The position numbers were made by a program, and so were the translations under genes. The notes beneath the pieces were generated by a model. The model searched no databases and was not told the origin of the DNA. It worked only from the letters and a program-made list of their open reading frames with translations. From the NCBI GenBank assembly GCA_965248835.1, contig CBDFLJ010000002.1, positions 480,001 through 544,000 of the forward strand: DNA of 64,000 nucleotides. Direction: 5' to 3'. Below, in pieces: positions 20,006 to 29,654 of this stretch. The DNA comes from Alphaproteobacteria bacterium. Its GTDB lineage: Bacteria; Pseudomonadota; Alphaproteobacteria; MPNO01. How positions within the stretch are numbered: the stretch's first letter is position 1; each line of letters opens with the position of its first letter.

Positions 20006-20222
20006 ATGCCGGAATATCGAACCATCGATGAACGCAAGGCCGTCAGAACCACAAACGCCATCGAACGACGCTTCCGCGAAGTCCGACGCAGAACAAGGCC
20101 CATGGACGTCTTCCAGGATCGCACATCCATGGACCGTATCTTCTTCGCCGTCTTCACAGACGAAAATTCAAACCAGGGAGTCTCAAGCCTCTTCTCCCTG
20201 ACACACAACTCTTGATGTTACC
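20006..20222 (+). mobile_element. IS256-family 3'-end remnant
   Basis: RTTNAIERRFREVRRRTR motif; end acacacaactcttgatgttacc. Confidence 0.75.
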
Positions 20223-20295
20223 ATTGGTCGTCTGGGAAATGCGGTCTAAGGGGCCTTCAAGCTATACCCCCGACCGCCACAACCTTTTGATTTAA

Positions 20296-20341
20296 TTGGT
20301 GGGCGCACACGGACTCGAACCGTGGACCCGCTGATTAAGAG
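20296..20341 (-). repeat. att core repeat, 46-bp copy of the tRNA-Lys 3' end
   Basis: Identical to 39910-39955; diverges just past the anticodon loop. Confidence 0.95.
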
Positions 20342-20446
20342 GCGGTGATTTCCCCCGCGTTTTCAATACCGTTAGACAGTTTTGGCCTGATCGCCGCCAT
20401 CGAGAAATCAATGGGTTACGGCAGAATTGTCTAACGGAGAAAGCAC

Positions 20447-20776
20447 ATGCCAGACACCCAAAACGAGCGGTTCGCCGAGTGGGCGATCCTCGAGCTTATG
20501 GGACATCGGCGGCTCGCCGGTTTCGTGTCTGAGGTTGAGCTTGGGGGAGCGTCGTTCTTCCGCCTCGACGTGCATACCGAGCTGGAGCCGATCACCACGC
20601 AGTTCTACTCGCCGGCGGCAGTGTACTGCATCACGCCGGCGACCGAGGCGATCGCCCGCGCGATGGGAGAACGGACCAGGCCCGAGCCCGTTCATCGCTA
20701 TGAACTGGAGCCGCCAAAGAGCCTGCCGGCTCGTGACGATTTCCACGAATGCGATGTCGACGAACTGGAACTTTGA
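20447..20776 (+). CDS. Phage hypothetical protein
   Basis: WAILELMGHRRLAG.V.E...TQFYSPAAVYCITP; RBS GGAGA. Confidence 0.75.
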   Translation: MPDTQNERFAEWAILELMGHRRLAGFVSEVELGGASFFRLDVHTELEPITTQFYSPAAVYCITPATEAIARAMGERTRPEPVHRYELEPPKSLPARDDFHECDVDELEL

Positions 20777-20778
20777 TC

Positions 20779-21831
20779 ATGGCTGACAACACCTTGATAT
20801 CCTGGGCAGACGCGACTTGGAATCCGATCACCGGGTGCTCTCTCGTGAGCCCTGGCTGTACTCATTGCTATGCGATGGGGCTGGCCGGCGGTCGGCTTAG
20901 GGATCACCCGAGCCGCGCCGGCCTCACGGTGCCGAGCAAGGCCGGTCCGGTTTGGAACGGCCAGGTCCGGTTCAACGAGGAATGGCTTGATCAGCCGTTG
21001 CGCTGGCGCCGGCCGCGCCGGATCTTCGTCTGCGCTCACGGGGATCTTTTCCATCCTGCTGTTCCGCTCGAATGGATCAAATCCATTTGGGAGGTCATGC
21101 ACCATGCGCACCGCCAGCGTGGGCATATTTTCCAAATCCTGACGAAGCGCCCCGAGTGGATCGCGCGGGCACTCGGACCGGACGGGATCGGATGGTACGC
21201 CGTCGAAGGGCCGGTGCCCTGCCCAGAGCCAGGGATATGGCTCGGGACATCGATCGAGAACCAAGAATGGGCCGATATCCGTGTGCCGTTTCTGCTCAAT
21301 GCGCCGGCCGCGGTGCGGTTCGTGAGTTGTGAGCCTTTAATTTCTCATATTGATTTGACCGATGTGACGGCGGCCACGGCGACCGGCCCAGAGCAATGGG
21401 ACTGCTTGGACCGCGTAGACGCCGCTGATGCGGAGCCAGGTTCTCCCGGAACGGTTATCGACTGGGTGATCGTCGGCGGCGAGTCCGGCCCCGGCGCGCG
21501 GCCCATGCATCCGGCCTGGGCGCGGTCGCTCAGGGAGCAATTTCTAGCGGCGGGCGTCGCGTTCCACTTCAAGCAGTGGGGCGAGTGGGCCCCCTATAGC
21601 GCGGTCGGCGGCGCGGGGTGGTACACCGCGTCGCGCTTCGACGAACGCGGGACCCTCAAGGGTAAGTGGCTCGGAAAGGTCCATGCACCGACCAGCACAG
21701 GCGTGGACTTCCTGTTCGACGGTGCTGCCTTCGAGACTAGCGAGATTAAGGGCGACCTCCTGCTGAAGTTCGGCAAGAAGCGTGCCGGTCGCGCCCTCGA
21801 CGGCCGCACATGGGATGAATACCCGGCATGA
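20779..21831 (+). CDS. DUF5131 / phage Gp37Gp68 family protein
   Basis: TWNPITGC...SPGC..CYA, FQILTKRP, RFVSCEPL, WVIVGGESG, FKQWGEW. Confidence 0.9.
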   Translation: MADNTLISWADATWNPITGCSLVSPGCTHCYAMGLAGGRLRDHPSRAGLTVPSKAGPVWNGQVRFNEEWLDQPLRWRRPRRIFVCAHGDLFHPAVPLEWIKSIWEVMHHAHRQRGHIFQILTKRPEWIARALGPDGIGWYAVEGPVPCPEPGIWLGTSIENQEWADIRVPFLLNAPAAVRFVSCEPLISHIDLTDVTAATATGPEQWDCLDRVDAADAEPGSPGTVIDWVIVGGESGPGARPMHPAWARSLREQFLAAGVAFHFKQWGEWAPYSAVGGAGWYTASRFDERGTLKGKWLGKVHAPTSTGVDFLFDGAAFETSEIKGDLLLKFGKKRAGRALDGRTWDEYPA

Positions 21832-22055
21832 GCCAGCACCTGTGCCATTGGCCGGGCTGCGGGCGCGTGGTGCCGCCGAAACTGTGGGGCTGCAAATTCC
21901 ACTGGATGAAGCTGCCCAAGCGCATCCGCGACCGGATCTGGGCAGCTTATCGACCCGGCCAGGAGGTCACCAAGACCCCGAGCCGGGAATATCTGGATGC
22001 CGCCAGGGCGGCCCTGGATTGGATACGCGAGCACACAGGAGCGAGAACCGCATGA
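21828..22055 (+). CDS. Small phage Cys/His (putative Zn-binding) protein
   Basis: H.C.WPGC...WGCKFHW; translationally coupled to neighbours. Confidence 0.7.
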   Translation: MSQHLCHWPGCGRVVPPKLWGCKFHWMKLPKRIRDRIWAAYRPGQEVTKTPSREYLDAARAALDWIREHTGARTA

Positions 22056-22630
22056 CCGAAGCCTACCCCCTGCATTGGCCGGCCGGCTGGCCGCGCACGG
22101 CACACCGGGCGGCATCACGGTTTGAGCCGCGCGGCCTTGCCGGCGAGGCCCAATTCATCCGATGGGAACTCGAACGGCTTGGCGCGACCGGCATGGTCGT
22201 ATCGACCAACATTCCCCTGCGTCGTGACGGCTTGCCCTTTTCAGGGCGCCCAAAGATCGACGACCCCGGCGTGGCCGTCTACTTCGTGCTCGCCGGCCGC
22301 CAACAGTGCATCCCCTGCGACCGATGGCGCACGGTCGAGGAAAACTGCCGCGCCATCTGGAAATCGATCGAGGCTCTGCGCGGTCTCGACCGCTGGGGCG
22401 CCAAGAGCTTCGTCGATGCGGCCTTCCGAGGCTTCGAGGCCCTGCCGGCGCCGGGTGCGGCACGCCATTGGACGGAAGTTCTCGGTGTTCCGGACAGCGC
22501 GTCCGGCGAGCAGGTCGACTGCGCCTATCGGGACCGGGCTCGGAAACTCCATCCCGATAACGGCGGATCGAACGAAGCTATGGCCGAACTCAACCGCGCA
22601 CGGGACGAAGCGCGGAACGTCGTCGGATGA
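22052..22630 (+). CDS. Phage J-domain-containing protein
   Basis: YPLHWPAGWPRT N-terminus; C-terminal W..VLG...AYR..ARKLHPD.GG...MAELN. Confidence 0.85.
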   Translation: MTEAYPLHWPAGWPRTAHRAASRFEPRGLAGEAQFIRWELERLGATGMVVSTNIPLRRDGLPFSGRPKIDDPGVAVYFVLAGRQQCIPCDRWRTVEENCRAIWKSIEALRGLDRWGAKSFVDAAFRGFEALPAPGAARHWTEVLGVPDSASGEQVDCAYRDRARKLHPDNGGSNEAMAELNRARDEARNVVG

Positions 22631-22838
22631 AGTCGGCGACCTGTCCCTGGTGTCACCGGTGGCCATCGACTCCGACGAATTCTAGGCGATCCGATCCTCA
22701 AGGGTTTCTTTTCAAAGAAACTTTTGATGGCCATTGACTCGCCGGTTGAGTTTCTTACCGCGACCGGCATTCCGGCGGCTCGCACGAGGCGATGGCAGAA
22801 CTGAACGAAGCCGTTGCCCAAGCAAGAAAGGCCGCGGC

Positions 22839-23081
22839 GTGAGCGTCTGCCCCTGGTGCGGCGAGGCGTTCGAGACGGTGAGGCGCGGCGGCTCCCCGAA
22901 GCGCTTCTGCTCGGCCGCGTGCAAGAACCAATGGAACGCGGCCGCCCGGGCATTCGGCTGCGCGATGGAGACCCAAGGGGTGCTCAATCTGCGGGCGTGG
23001 ATCGAAGGCCGTCAGAATGCCCCTAAATCCACCGTGCACGCTGCTACAGCGCCCAAGTCGGCCTCGGGGGTAGCGAGGTAG
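22839..23081 (+). CDS. Small Zn-finger phage protein
   Basis: CPWCG...RFCSAAC; GTG start uncertain. Confidence 0.55.
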   Translation: MSVCPWCGEAFETVRRGGSPKRFCSAACKNQWNAAARAFGCAMETQGVLNLRAWIEGRQNAPKSTVHAATAPKSASGVAR

Positions 23082-23086
23082 CGGGA

Positions 23087-23605
23087 ATGCTCGAAGTGAT
23101 CTCCCTGGGCGCGGGCGTGCAATCTACGACGATGGCCTTCATGGCGGCGCACGGCGAGATCGCGCCGATGCCGGATTACGCGATCTTCGCCGACACCGGC
23201 GCCGAGCCGGCTGCCGTCTATGAGCACCTGGAATGGCTGCGGTCGCCGAACGTACTGCCCTTCCCGGTTGAGGTCGTGCGGTTTTCGGATCTCGGCGAGG
23301 ATATCCGCCTGACCGCCGCCGGCGTCAAGGACGTGGCCGGCCGCGACAACGGCTATCTCGCCCCACCCTTCTTCACATTGAACGAGGACGGATCACAGGG
23401 GATGTTGAGGCGCGGGTGCACGTCCAACTACAAGATCCGGCCGATCCAGAGGCACTTGAAGGTGCTGCTCGGGCGCACCCAGGCCGAGACATACCGCGGC
23501 GAGACGCCTGTGGATATGATGGACAAGCCGCTTCGCGCCTTGCCCACATCCCCACAGGCGCAGCAACAACAGGAAGATCGTTTGAAAGGGATTCTGGCGG
23601 CCTGA
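23087..23605 (+). pseudogene. PAPS-reductase-like (PP-loop) phage protein, truncated by an IS remnant at about 23505
   Basis: VISLGAGVQST and IFADTG.EP motifs; tail reads through foreign hairpin sequence. Confidence 0.7.
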
Positions 23606-23667
23606 GAAACAACCGGAATACACCTTAACTCAGCCGCCAGGCTGTCCGAATAGGCGAGGCTACCTCA
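23505..23667 (+). mobile_element. IS right-end remnant (IS3-family-like)
   Basis: Hairpin gcctgtgg...ccacaggc followed by a ctgtccgaataggcgaggctacctca terminus. Confidence 0.55.
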
Positions 23668-23746
23668 CCGCCGGCGCAAAGCGTGGTAACATTTTTGTGT
23701 CGGCAAACCGTCAGCAAGTCCGCCGAAGACGAAGAAGGAGGTCATA

Positions 23747-25975
23747 ATGAATTCGAACAATTGCGTCGTGGCGTTGGCTTCGATCCTCGGAATGTTGTTC
23801 TTGTCCGCGTGCGGTGGCGGTGGTAGCGGACCGGTTTCAGCGCTTGCCCAATGCGTTGACCCCGTTATAACAATCGAAGATCCCGAAAACATGTCCAGCG
23901 ATGACGAGCAGGTATTCAAGCAAACTCTCCGTGCGGCGATAAGCAATGTTTGTAAGTGGTGGGGGCCGACCTATACCGGGCCTTTCACAATTAATATCGA
24001 GGACAGCACGGGACCAGCGATGGCTTTGATACCCGCTTGGCAAGGCAATCGCGGGACCATGCTGTTTCGGACGGCAACGACGGTGGCAGGCCGATCGGCA
24101 ATCACCCACGAAGTTATTCATGTGTTCGCCCCAAACGCGAACCGGTTTCTGGCGGAGGGGTTTGCCACTTACGGACATCAGCATTTGGGGGGGCAAGCGG
24201 CGTTTCCCAACGATGGCCAGGACCTGCATGATGCCGCATCGGAATTTGTGGATCAGACGAATCTCCACCTTCTCGATGCAATTGCAACGCCCAGCCGCTT
24301 GGAATCCACCCTTTTGACTGAGCGACAGAACTATATTGCGGCCGGTTCTTTCATGCGGTTTCTCATTGAAACCCACGGCATGGAGAAATTTCGCGAACTC
24401 TACGCACTGACCCCGTTGGTACCCCATGTAAGAAACAGCGGGGCGGATGATCGGTGGGTCGGCATCTATGGCGTCAGTCGCAGCACGTTGGTCGTTGCTT
24501 GGCAGGCGAAATTAGCGAGTATCGGGCAGGGGCAGGCGAAAAGCGTCAGCCGGGTCATCGAGACGGTGGTTCCGGACCGGGTCATCGAGACGGTGGTTCC
24601 GGAGTTGACGCGGGCGATGATGGCGAGCACGTCGGGCGCGGTGACCGGGCGCATCGAGGCTGTCGCCTCGGGCAACGTGCCGGCCGTGACGGTCAACATT
24701 GCCGGTCAATCGACGCTTTATCATGCCCTGAAATCTAACGCCCAGGGAATGCAGGACGGCACGCTCGATCCGGCCCAGCTGCTGGGTGGCTCGTCGTTCG
24801 CGCTTTCGCTCAATGCGGTGGAAGGCGGCAAGGCCGGCGGTGTCAGCGACATCGGGGTTTGGGGCAGCGGTGACTACCGCAATCTCTCGGGCGGCGATAG
24901 CGGCGCGGTGGCATGGGACGGCGACCTGTGGAGCGCCCATCTCGGCATCGATACTCGGTTGCGCGAGAACCTGTTGGCCGGGCTATCGGCGTCGTTCTTC
25001 AAGGGTTCGTTCGACTATACCGACAGGACCACCGGCACCGCGGCCAGCGGCGCGCTTGAGAGCCGGATGACAAGCCTCAACCCTTATGTGAGGTGGTCCG
25101 CGCGGAAGGCCCTGGATCTGTGGGCGACGCTCGGCTACGGCCGGGGTGAGCTTGAGATCAACGACAATGCGGCGGCCCCGGTGTCGAGCGATCTGAGCCA
25201 GTGGTCGGCAGCGGTTGGCGCGAGCGGCACGCTGCTCACCAGTGACGATTGGATCGCCGGCGGCACGACGAGACTCAAGCTCAAGGGCGAAGGCTCGCTG
25301 GCAGGGGTGAACGTCGAGGGCAACGGTGCCGAGATCAGCGAGCTGACAGTGGATGCGCGGCAGCTGCGGCTAAGCCTCGAGGGCAGCCACGCACATAAAC
25401 TCGCCGCGGGCGGCGCGCTGACGCCGGCGATCGAGCTTGGGCTACGCCATGACGGCGGCGACGGCGAGACCGGCGCGGGCATCGAACTCGGTGGCAGCCT
25501 ACGATACAACGACCCGGCGAGCGGTCTGACCGTCGAGAGCCACGGCCGTACCTTGCTTGCCCATGGCGGCAACTACGAGGAATGGGGCATCGGTGGGCTG
25601 ATCCGGCTCGATCCGGGCGCCAAGGGCCGCGGCATGTCCCTGAGCCTGGTTCCGACCTGGGGTGAGACGCAAAGCGGTGTTCAGCGGTTGTGGAACGACG
25701 GCATGACCGACAGGGCTGCCGCCAATGACAACAAGGCGCAAGGTCGCCTCGAGACGCACCTTGGCTATGGCTTCGGCGTGTTCGGCGGCCGGGGCTTGCT
25801 GACACCGTACAGCGGTCTTTCGCTGGCTGGCGAGGGCGCACGGCGGTACAGCCTCGGCAGCCGTCTGGAGGTCGGGTCGTCGCTCAACCTCGGCCTGGAG
25901 GGCGAGCGTCGTGAGCCGGCCAACGACACCGCGGCCGACCACGGCGTCATGCTGCGGGGACAGCTGCGGTTCTGA
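23747..25975 (+). CDS. Lipoprotein with HExxH metallopeptidase-like passenger and autotransporter-type beta-barrel
   Basis: Lipobox LSAC, THEVIH...AEGFA, barrel strands (GLRHDGGDGETGAGIELGG), terminal QLRF. Confidence 0.8.
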   Translation: MNSNNCVVALASILGMLFLSACGGGGSGPVSALAQCVDPVITIEDPENMSSDDEQVFKQTLRAAISNVCKWWGPTYTGPFTINIEDSTGPAMALIPAWQGNRGTMLFRTATTVAGRSAITHEVIHVFAPNANRFLAEGFATYGHQHLGGQAAFPNDGQDLHDAASEFVDQTNLHLLDAIATPSRLESTLLTERQNYIAAGSFMRFLIETHGMEKFRELYALTPLVPHVRNSGADDRWVGIYGVSRSTLVVAWQAKLASIGQGQAKSVSRVIETVVPDRVIETVVPELTRAMMASTSGAVTGRIEAVASGNVPAVTVNIAGQSTLYHALKSNAQGMQDGTLDPAQLLGGSSFALSLNAVEGGKAGGVSDIGVWGSGDYRNLSGGDSGAVAWDGDLWSAHLGIDTRLRENLLAGLSASFFKGSFDYTDRTTGTAASGALESRMTSLNPYVRWSARKALDLWATLGYGRGELEINDNAAAPVSSDLSQWSAAVGASGTLLTSDDWIAGGTTRLKLKGEGSLAGVNVEGNGAEISELTVDARQLRLSLEGSHAHKLAAGGALTPAIELGLRHDGGDGETGAGIELGGSLRYNDPASGLTVESHGRTLLAHGGNYEEWGIGGLIRLDPGAKGRGMSLSLVPTWGETQSGVQRLWNDGMTDRAAANDNKAQGRLETHLGYGFGVFGGRGLLTPYSGLSLAGEGARRYSLGSRLEVGSSLNLGLEGERREPANDTAADHGVMLRGQLRF

Positions 25976-26310
25976 TGGCCGCAGGGTCCTGTCGGTCGCG
26001 TGGAGCGTCAGTCACCGTGACCGCGGGGATGCCACGCTGGACGCGTCGCAGATGCGTGCGGTATGAGGGCGTGCCCGCCCGTGAGCTGTTGAGCGTGCCC
26101 GCGAACTCCTCAACCTACCTTCGGTCGCCGTTCCAGATCGTTGACAATTCCGTTATCGATCAGGCGGGTGAATGAACTCGAGCGCTCTCCCGGACCTTAT
26201 CGCCGATCACGTCCCGGCATAGGGGGCCGCCGCCGAGCCGCGAAGCGTCGCGATGAGGAGCGTGATCGCTGCCCGGGGCGCGCCTTCCGGGACTGCGGGG
26301 CTGCGGCGCG

Positions 26311-26574
26311 GTGCGGTTGTGCGATCTCGATGGGGAGACAACGCTGCCCGTGGCGTGCGAGCCGTGCGGCCGGCGAGGCCGCTACCGGGTCGAGAGCTTG
26401 ATTAAGGCCTATGGCCCGCGCGCCGGCCTGCCGGACGTGCGCTGGGCGCTGGCCCAGCAGGGCGAGTGCCGGGGATCAATGCAGCCGCTTCGGCCGTGCT
26501 TGGCCGTGTTCGGCCGTGTTCGAGAACCGATCGAAGGCGGTCGGCACCGATACTGTCGGGGCGGGCTCGGTTAG
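26311..26574 (+). CDS. Small Cys-containing phage-associated hypothetical protein (possibly degenerate)
   Basis: VAC..CGRRGRY.V..LI..YG...LPD motif. Confidence 0.5.
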   Translation: MRLCDLDGETTLPVACEPCGRRGRYRVESLIKAYGPRAGLPDVRWALAQQGECRGSMQPLRPCLAVFGRVREPIEGGRHRYCRGGLG

Positions 26575-26686
26575 GCCGAGCCGATCCGGTGCGATCCATG
26601 TTCGCATGACCGACAAGCCGAAGTCCCGTACGAAGGTCCCGGCCCATATCCCGGGAGGTCGCCTCGATATCCGGGCCTCGCAGCCG

Positions 26687-27151
26687 TCACGGGCATTCCG
26701 CGTGCCAGCGCAGTATGCCGACATTCCGCGGCAGGCCGACGAGATAGGCGGACTTTACGAACGCAGCCGTTGCGGGACCCCGTGGAGGCACCAGGCATGT
26801 GTCCGCATTCTCGTTGTCCAGCGTGACCCCCAGCCTGTAGCCTCCCGAGGGTTGGGCCGGCGGGACGACAAGCCACCACTGAATATGCAAGGAAGGATGC
26901 TCGACAAGGCGCCTCGTATTCGTTTGATCTAGCCTATAGGTCCGCAGAATCGCCGACAGGTCGGCACCGGCCGCGATCCGTTCGACGGCGGCTTCGCGCT
27001 CGTAATCGGGCGCGTGGCCTCGAAGGACAATGGGATATTCGATCGGGATCGGGGGTGCGCCATTGGAGGCCGAGGTGCAGGCGGCGGCGCCCATGACCAA
27101 CGCGAGCGCGATCGAGGCGGCCCATAGAGACCTCCGGGGCGCCGCGATCAT
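26687..27151 (-). CDS. Lipoprotein with PrcB C-terminal-like motif (tentative)
   Basis: AGAGAGG RBS, AAAC lipobox, QPSGGYRLGV...PPRGPATAAF...YLV. Confidence 0.6.
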   Translation of the reverse strand: MIAAPRRSLWAASIALALVMGAAACTSASNGAPPIPIEYPIVLRGHAPDYEREAAVERIAAGADLSAILRTYRLDQTNTRRLVEHPSLHIQWWLVVPPAQPSGGYRLGVTLDNENADTCLVPPRGPATAAFVKSAYLVGLPRNVGILRWHAECP

Positions 27152-27300
27152 CGGCCATACCTCTCTCAACATGCCCACGCGCCTAGGGACGGCGCGCCTC
27201 CTCGCGTGCCGAGTATTGCGTTCTCCGCGTCCACCTTTCAACCGGCCCTCGCCTCCCCGGTGTTCGGTCCCGTGCGGAGACGACCAGACGGGATCTTCCC

Positions 27301-29463
27301 CTAGAAACGAATCTCCGCCCGCGCGCCAGCGAGGGCTTCCGTCTCTCCGAAACCGTCCCGAACCGCTGCGACGCTCACCCCCAAGTTCGTGTTCGGCCCC
27401 CAAGCGTGGCCGACACTCACGCCAACCTTGTCGAACGCGAGGAGCTTCGAGCCGTCGATCGAGATGTCGTCATACGCGATCCGGCCATTCTCATCGATGC
27501 TGGTCGCGGCTCGAATGGACCCGTTGCTCGACGTCACCGGCCGTTCGATGCCCAGGCGGGCGTTGAGCGTCGTGCCGCGCCCAAGCCGAAGCGAAAGGTT
27601 GAGCTCCGTCGTCACCAGCAGCGCATCGTCGAAGTGGACGAGCGGGCTCGTCTCGGTCGCGAGGTAGGCAAGCCGGCTCGCCACTCCGAGCCGGTAGGTC
27701 TCACCGGCGACGAGGTTCCGGCTGTAAGCCAATTCCAGGCTTTCGCCGGACAGTTCGAGGGCGCCGGCGCCCGCCCAGCCCATCGGCGTTTTCAATTCGG
27801 ACGCCACCGACGCGCCAAACGATTCAACGGCCCCACTCGGAACGAAGGACGCCGCCAAGACGGTTTCAGGACTCCAGCCGACGATACCGAAGCCGGCCGC
27901 GGTTGTCCGGTCCGCCGCGCCGCCCGTCGCCGCGCTCATGTAGGCCTCTCCGATTTCGGAGACAAAACCCAGAGTGACGCCGAGCGCGTCATCGGCCATC
28001 CGATAGTCGCCGTGCGGCTGGGGAACGCCGACCAGATGCGCCATGCCCTCCATCACCCGCGAGCCATGGCCCATGCCGGAGAACCAAGCCCCGTTCGACG
28101 CACCGTGCACCCGGAAACCGTCCCCGGCAATTGCGAGCGTCACATCTTCGCCCTGGTCGTCCCAATTCCTTTCCGGCGTTTCGAGACCGAGATCACTCAT
28201 CGACAGGTAGCCGCCTCTTGCGCCAGCGAAGGCGTTGAGCGGGACCAGGAAGGGCGCCCGCTGATAGTTGTCGAGAATGAGAACGTTCCGGCCCGCGAGA
28301 TATCTCGATATCGCGCCCGACGGCAGATTGACCGAGGCGCCGGCGGTGCTGACGACGGCGCCTGCGTCGTATGTGCCCAACGCGAAGCCGGTGCCGCCGA
28401 CCGGCCGGGAGGCTTCATCCAGATCGAGGAGCCCCTGACCGTAGATCGTTGAGTCGTAGCCGTCGAAGCTGTCGTCCGCGGTGACGAGGATTCTGTCGCG
28501 CAACTGCTGATAGGTCACGTTCGGGAACCGGCTCTTCAGCGCGGCCAGGGCGCCGGTCACATGGGGCGCGGCCATCGAGGTCCCCGCAAGGCGCTCGTAA
28601 CCGTCCGCGTCGATATAGGTCGAATACACGCCCTCCGATCCAGGCGCTCCTCCCAGACTTGGCGAGTCCCCACCTGGAGCGGCCAGGCACCAAGCGGCCG
28701 CTTCACCGCATCGGTTCGTGTAGGAGGCTTCGTTCCCATCCAGATCGACCGCCGCCACGGCGAGCCAGCCCTTTTCCAGTTCAGAAATGAGATAGGGCGC
28801 TCCCGCCTCGACGGAAATCTCGGCCCTGGAATCATTTCCTGCGGCCCAGATTTGAACGCCGCCGTCTGCAACATGTGTCTTGTATGCGGCGATGCTTAGG
28901 GGGCTCTGAGACTCAAGCTGGGAGAGGGTCACGTCGAGAACCGACCTATCCGACCCCCAGCTATTGTTCGTAAGGTAAACACCCCTCGCGCTCATTTCGT
29001 CAATTCCGACCGCGAGTTGAGCATCGAAGGCCGTATGGTCGTAATCCAGCTCATAGGATGCGATATTGGCCTCATAGGCCACGCCGTGCATTTCCGAGCC
29101 GTCTCTCTTCGCGGCGATGATACCCGTCACGTGGGTGCCATGCCCATACTCGTCGGGTCGACCGCCTGTTCCGTCTACGCCGTCTGTTCCGGACATGCCG
29201 CCCGTGTAGACGTACTTCCCGGCTAAGGCCGGATGGTTCGAGCTCGCGCCGGAGTCGAATACGGCGACCGTGATACCCTTCCCGATACCGCCTCTCGCGT
29301 AGATGGAGGAGGCGTTGATGAGGCGGAGCCCCGCTTGCTGGTTGTATTCCGGGGTCTCGAAATCGGCCGGTGTGAGGGCGGGGCCGCCGCCACAGCCGGA
29401 CAAGGCAACCGCGAAGAGTGCCATTCCGGCCAACGAACATAGCTTGTCAACCCTGAGAAACAT
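27301..29463 (-). CDS. S8 subtilisin-like serine protease lipoprotein with C-terminal beta-rich domain
   Basis: LSGC lipobox; FDSG, HGTHV, AAGN, GTSMAAP catalytic motifs; ends AEIRF. Confidence 0.9.
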   Translation of the reverse strand: MFLRVDKLCSLAGMALFAVALSGCGGGPALTPADFETPEYNQQAGLRLINASSIYARGGIGKGITVAVFDSGASSNHPALAGKYVYTGGMSGTDGVDGTGGRPDEYGHGTHVTGIIAAKRDGSEMHGVAYEANIASYELDYDHTAFDAQLAVGIDEMSARGVYLTNNSWGSDRSVLDVTLSQLESQSPLSIAAYKTHVADGGVQIWAAGNDSRAEISVEAGAPYLISELEKGWLAVAAVDLDGNEASYTNRCGEAAAWCLAAPGGDSPSLGGAPGSEGVYSTYIDADGYERLAGTSMAAPHVTGALAALKSRFPNVTYQQLRDRILVTADDSFDGYDSTIYGQGLLDLDEASRPVGGTGFALGTYDAGAVVSTAGASVNLPSGAISRYLAGRNVLILDNYQRAPFLVPLNAFAGARGGYLSMSDLGLETPERNWDDQGEDVTLAIAGDGFRVHGASNGAWFSGMGHGSRVMEGMAHLVGVPQPHGDYRMADDALGVTLGFVSEIGEAYMSAATGGAADRTTAAGFGIVGWSPETVLAASFVPSGAVESFGASVASELKTPMGWAGAGALELSGESLELAYSRNLVAGETYRLGVASRLAYLATETSPLVHFDDALLVTTELNLSLRLGRGTTLNARLGIERPVTSSNGSIRAATSIDENGRIAYDDISIDGSKLLAFDKVGVSVGHAWGPNTNLGVSVAAVRDGFGETEALAGARAEIRF

Positions 29464-29654
29464 CGGACGGACCTCCCTCTGCTTGAGAGCTGCAAAAAGC
29501 CAACGCTAGCGTAGCACCTCTCCGAGGCGAAAGCCAAGGTTCGACCGAAGCCGCGATCCGCCCACACAGCAGCCTGGGATACAGCCGCCGGCGCCGGAAA
29601 GGATCGTCACGCCAATGCACTAACATTCAAACTGGACCAGTCGCCGGGGGCAGG

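Larger units (their letters stand above)
14727..20341 (+). mobile_element. Prophage remnant A (left end deleted), right boundary is the tRNA-Lys att repeat
   Basis: Gene order and sequence parallel 37463-39863; xis-int followed by the 46-bp tRNA 3'-end copy. Confidence 0.85.

Noticed and set aside
20296-20341. Second tRNA-Lys gene
   Set aside because: Only the 3' portion is present, with no D arm or 5' acceptor strand; it is an att repeat.
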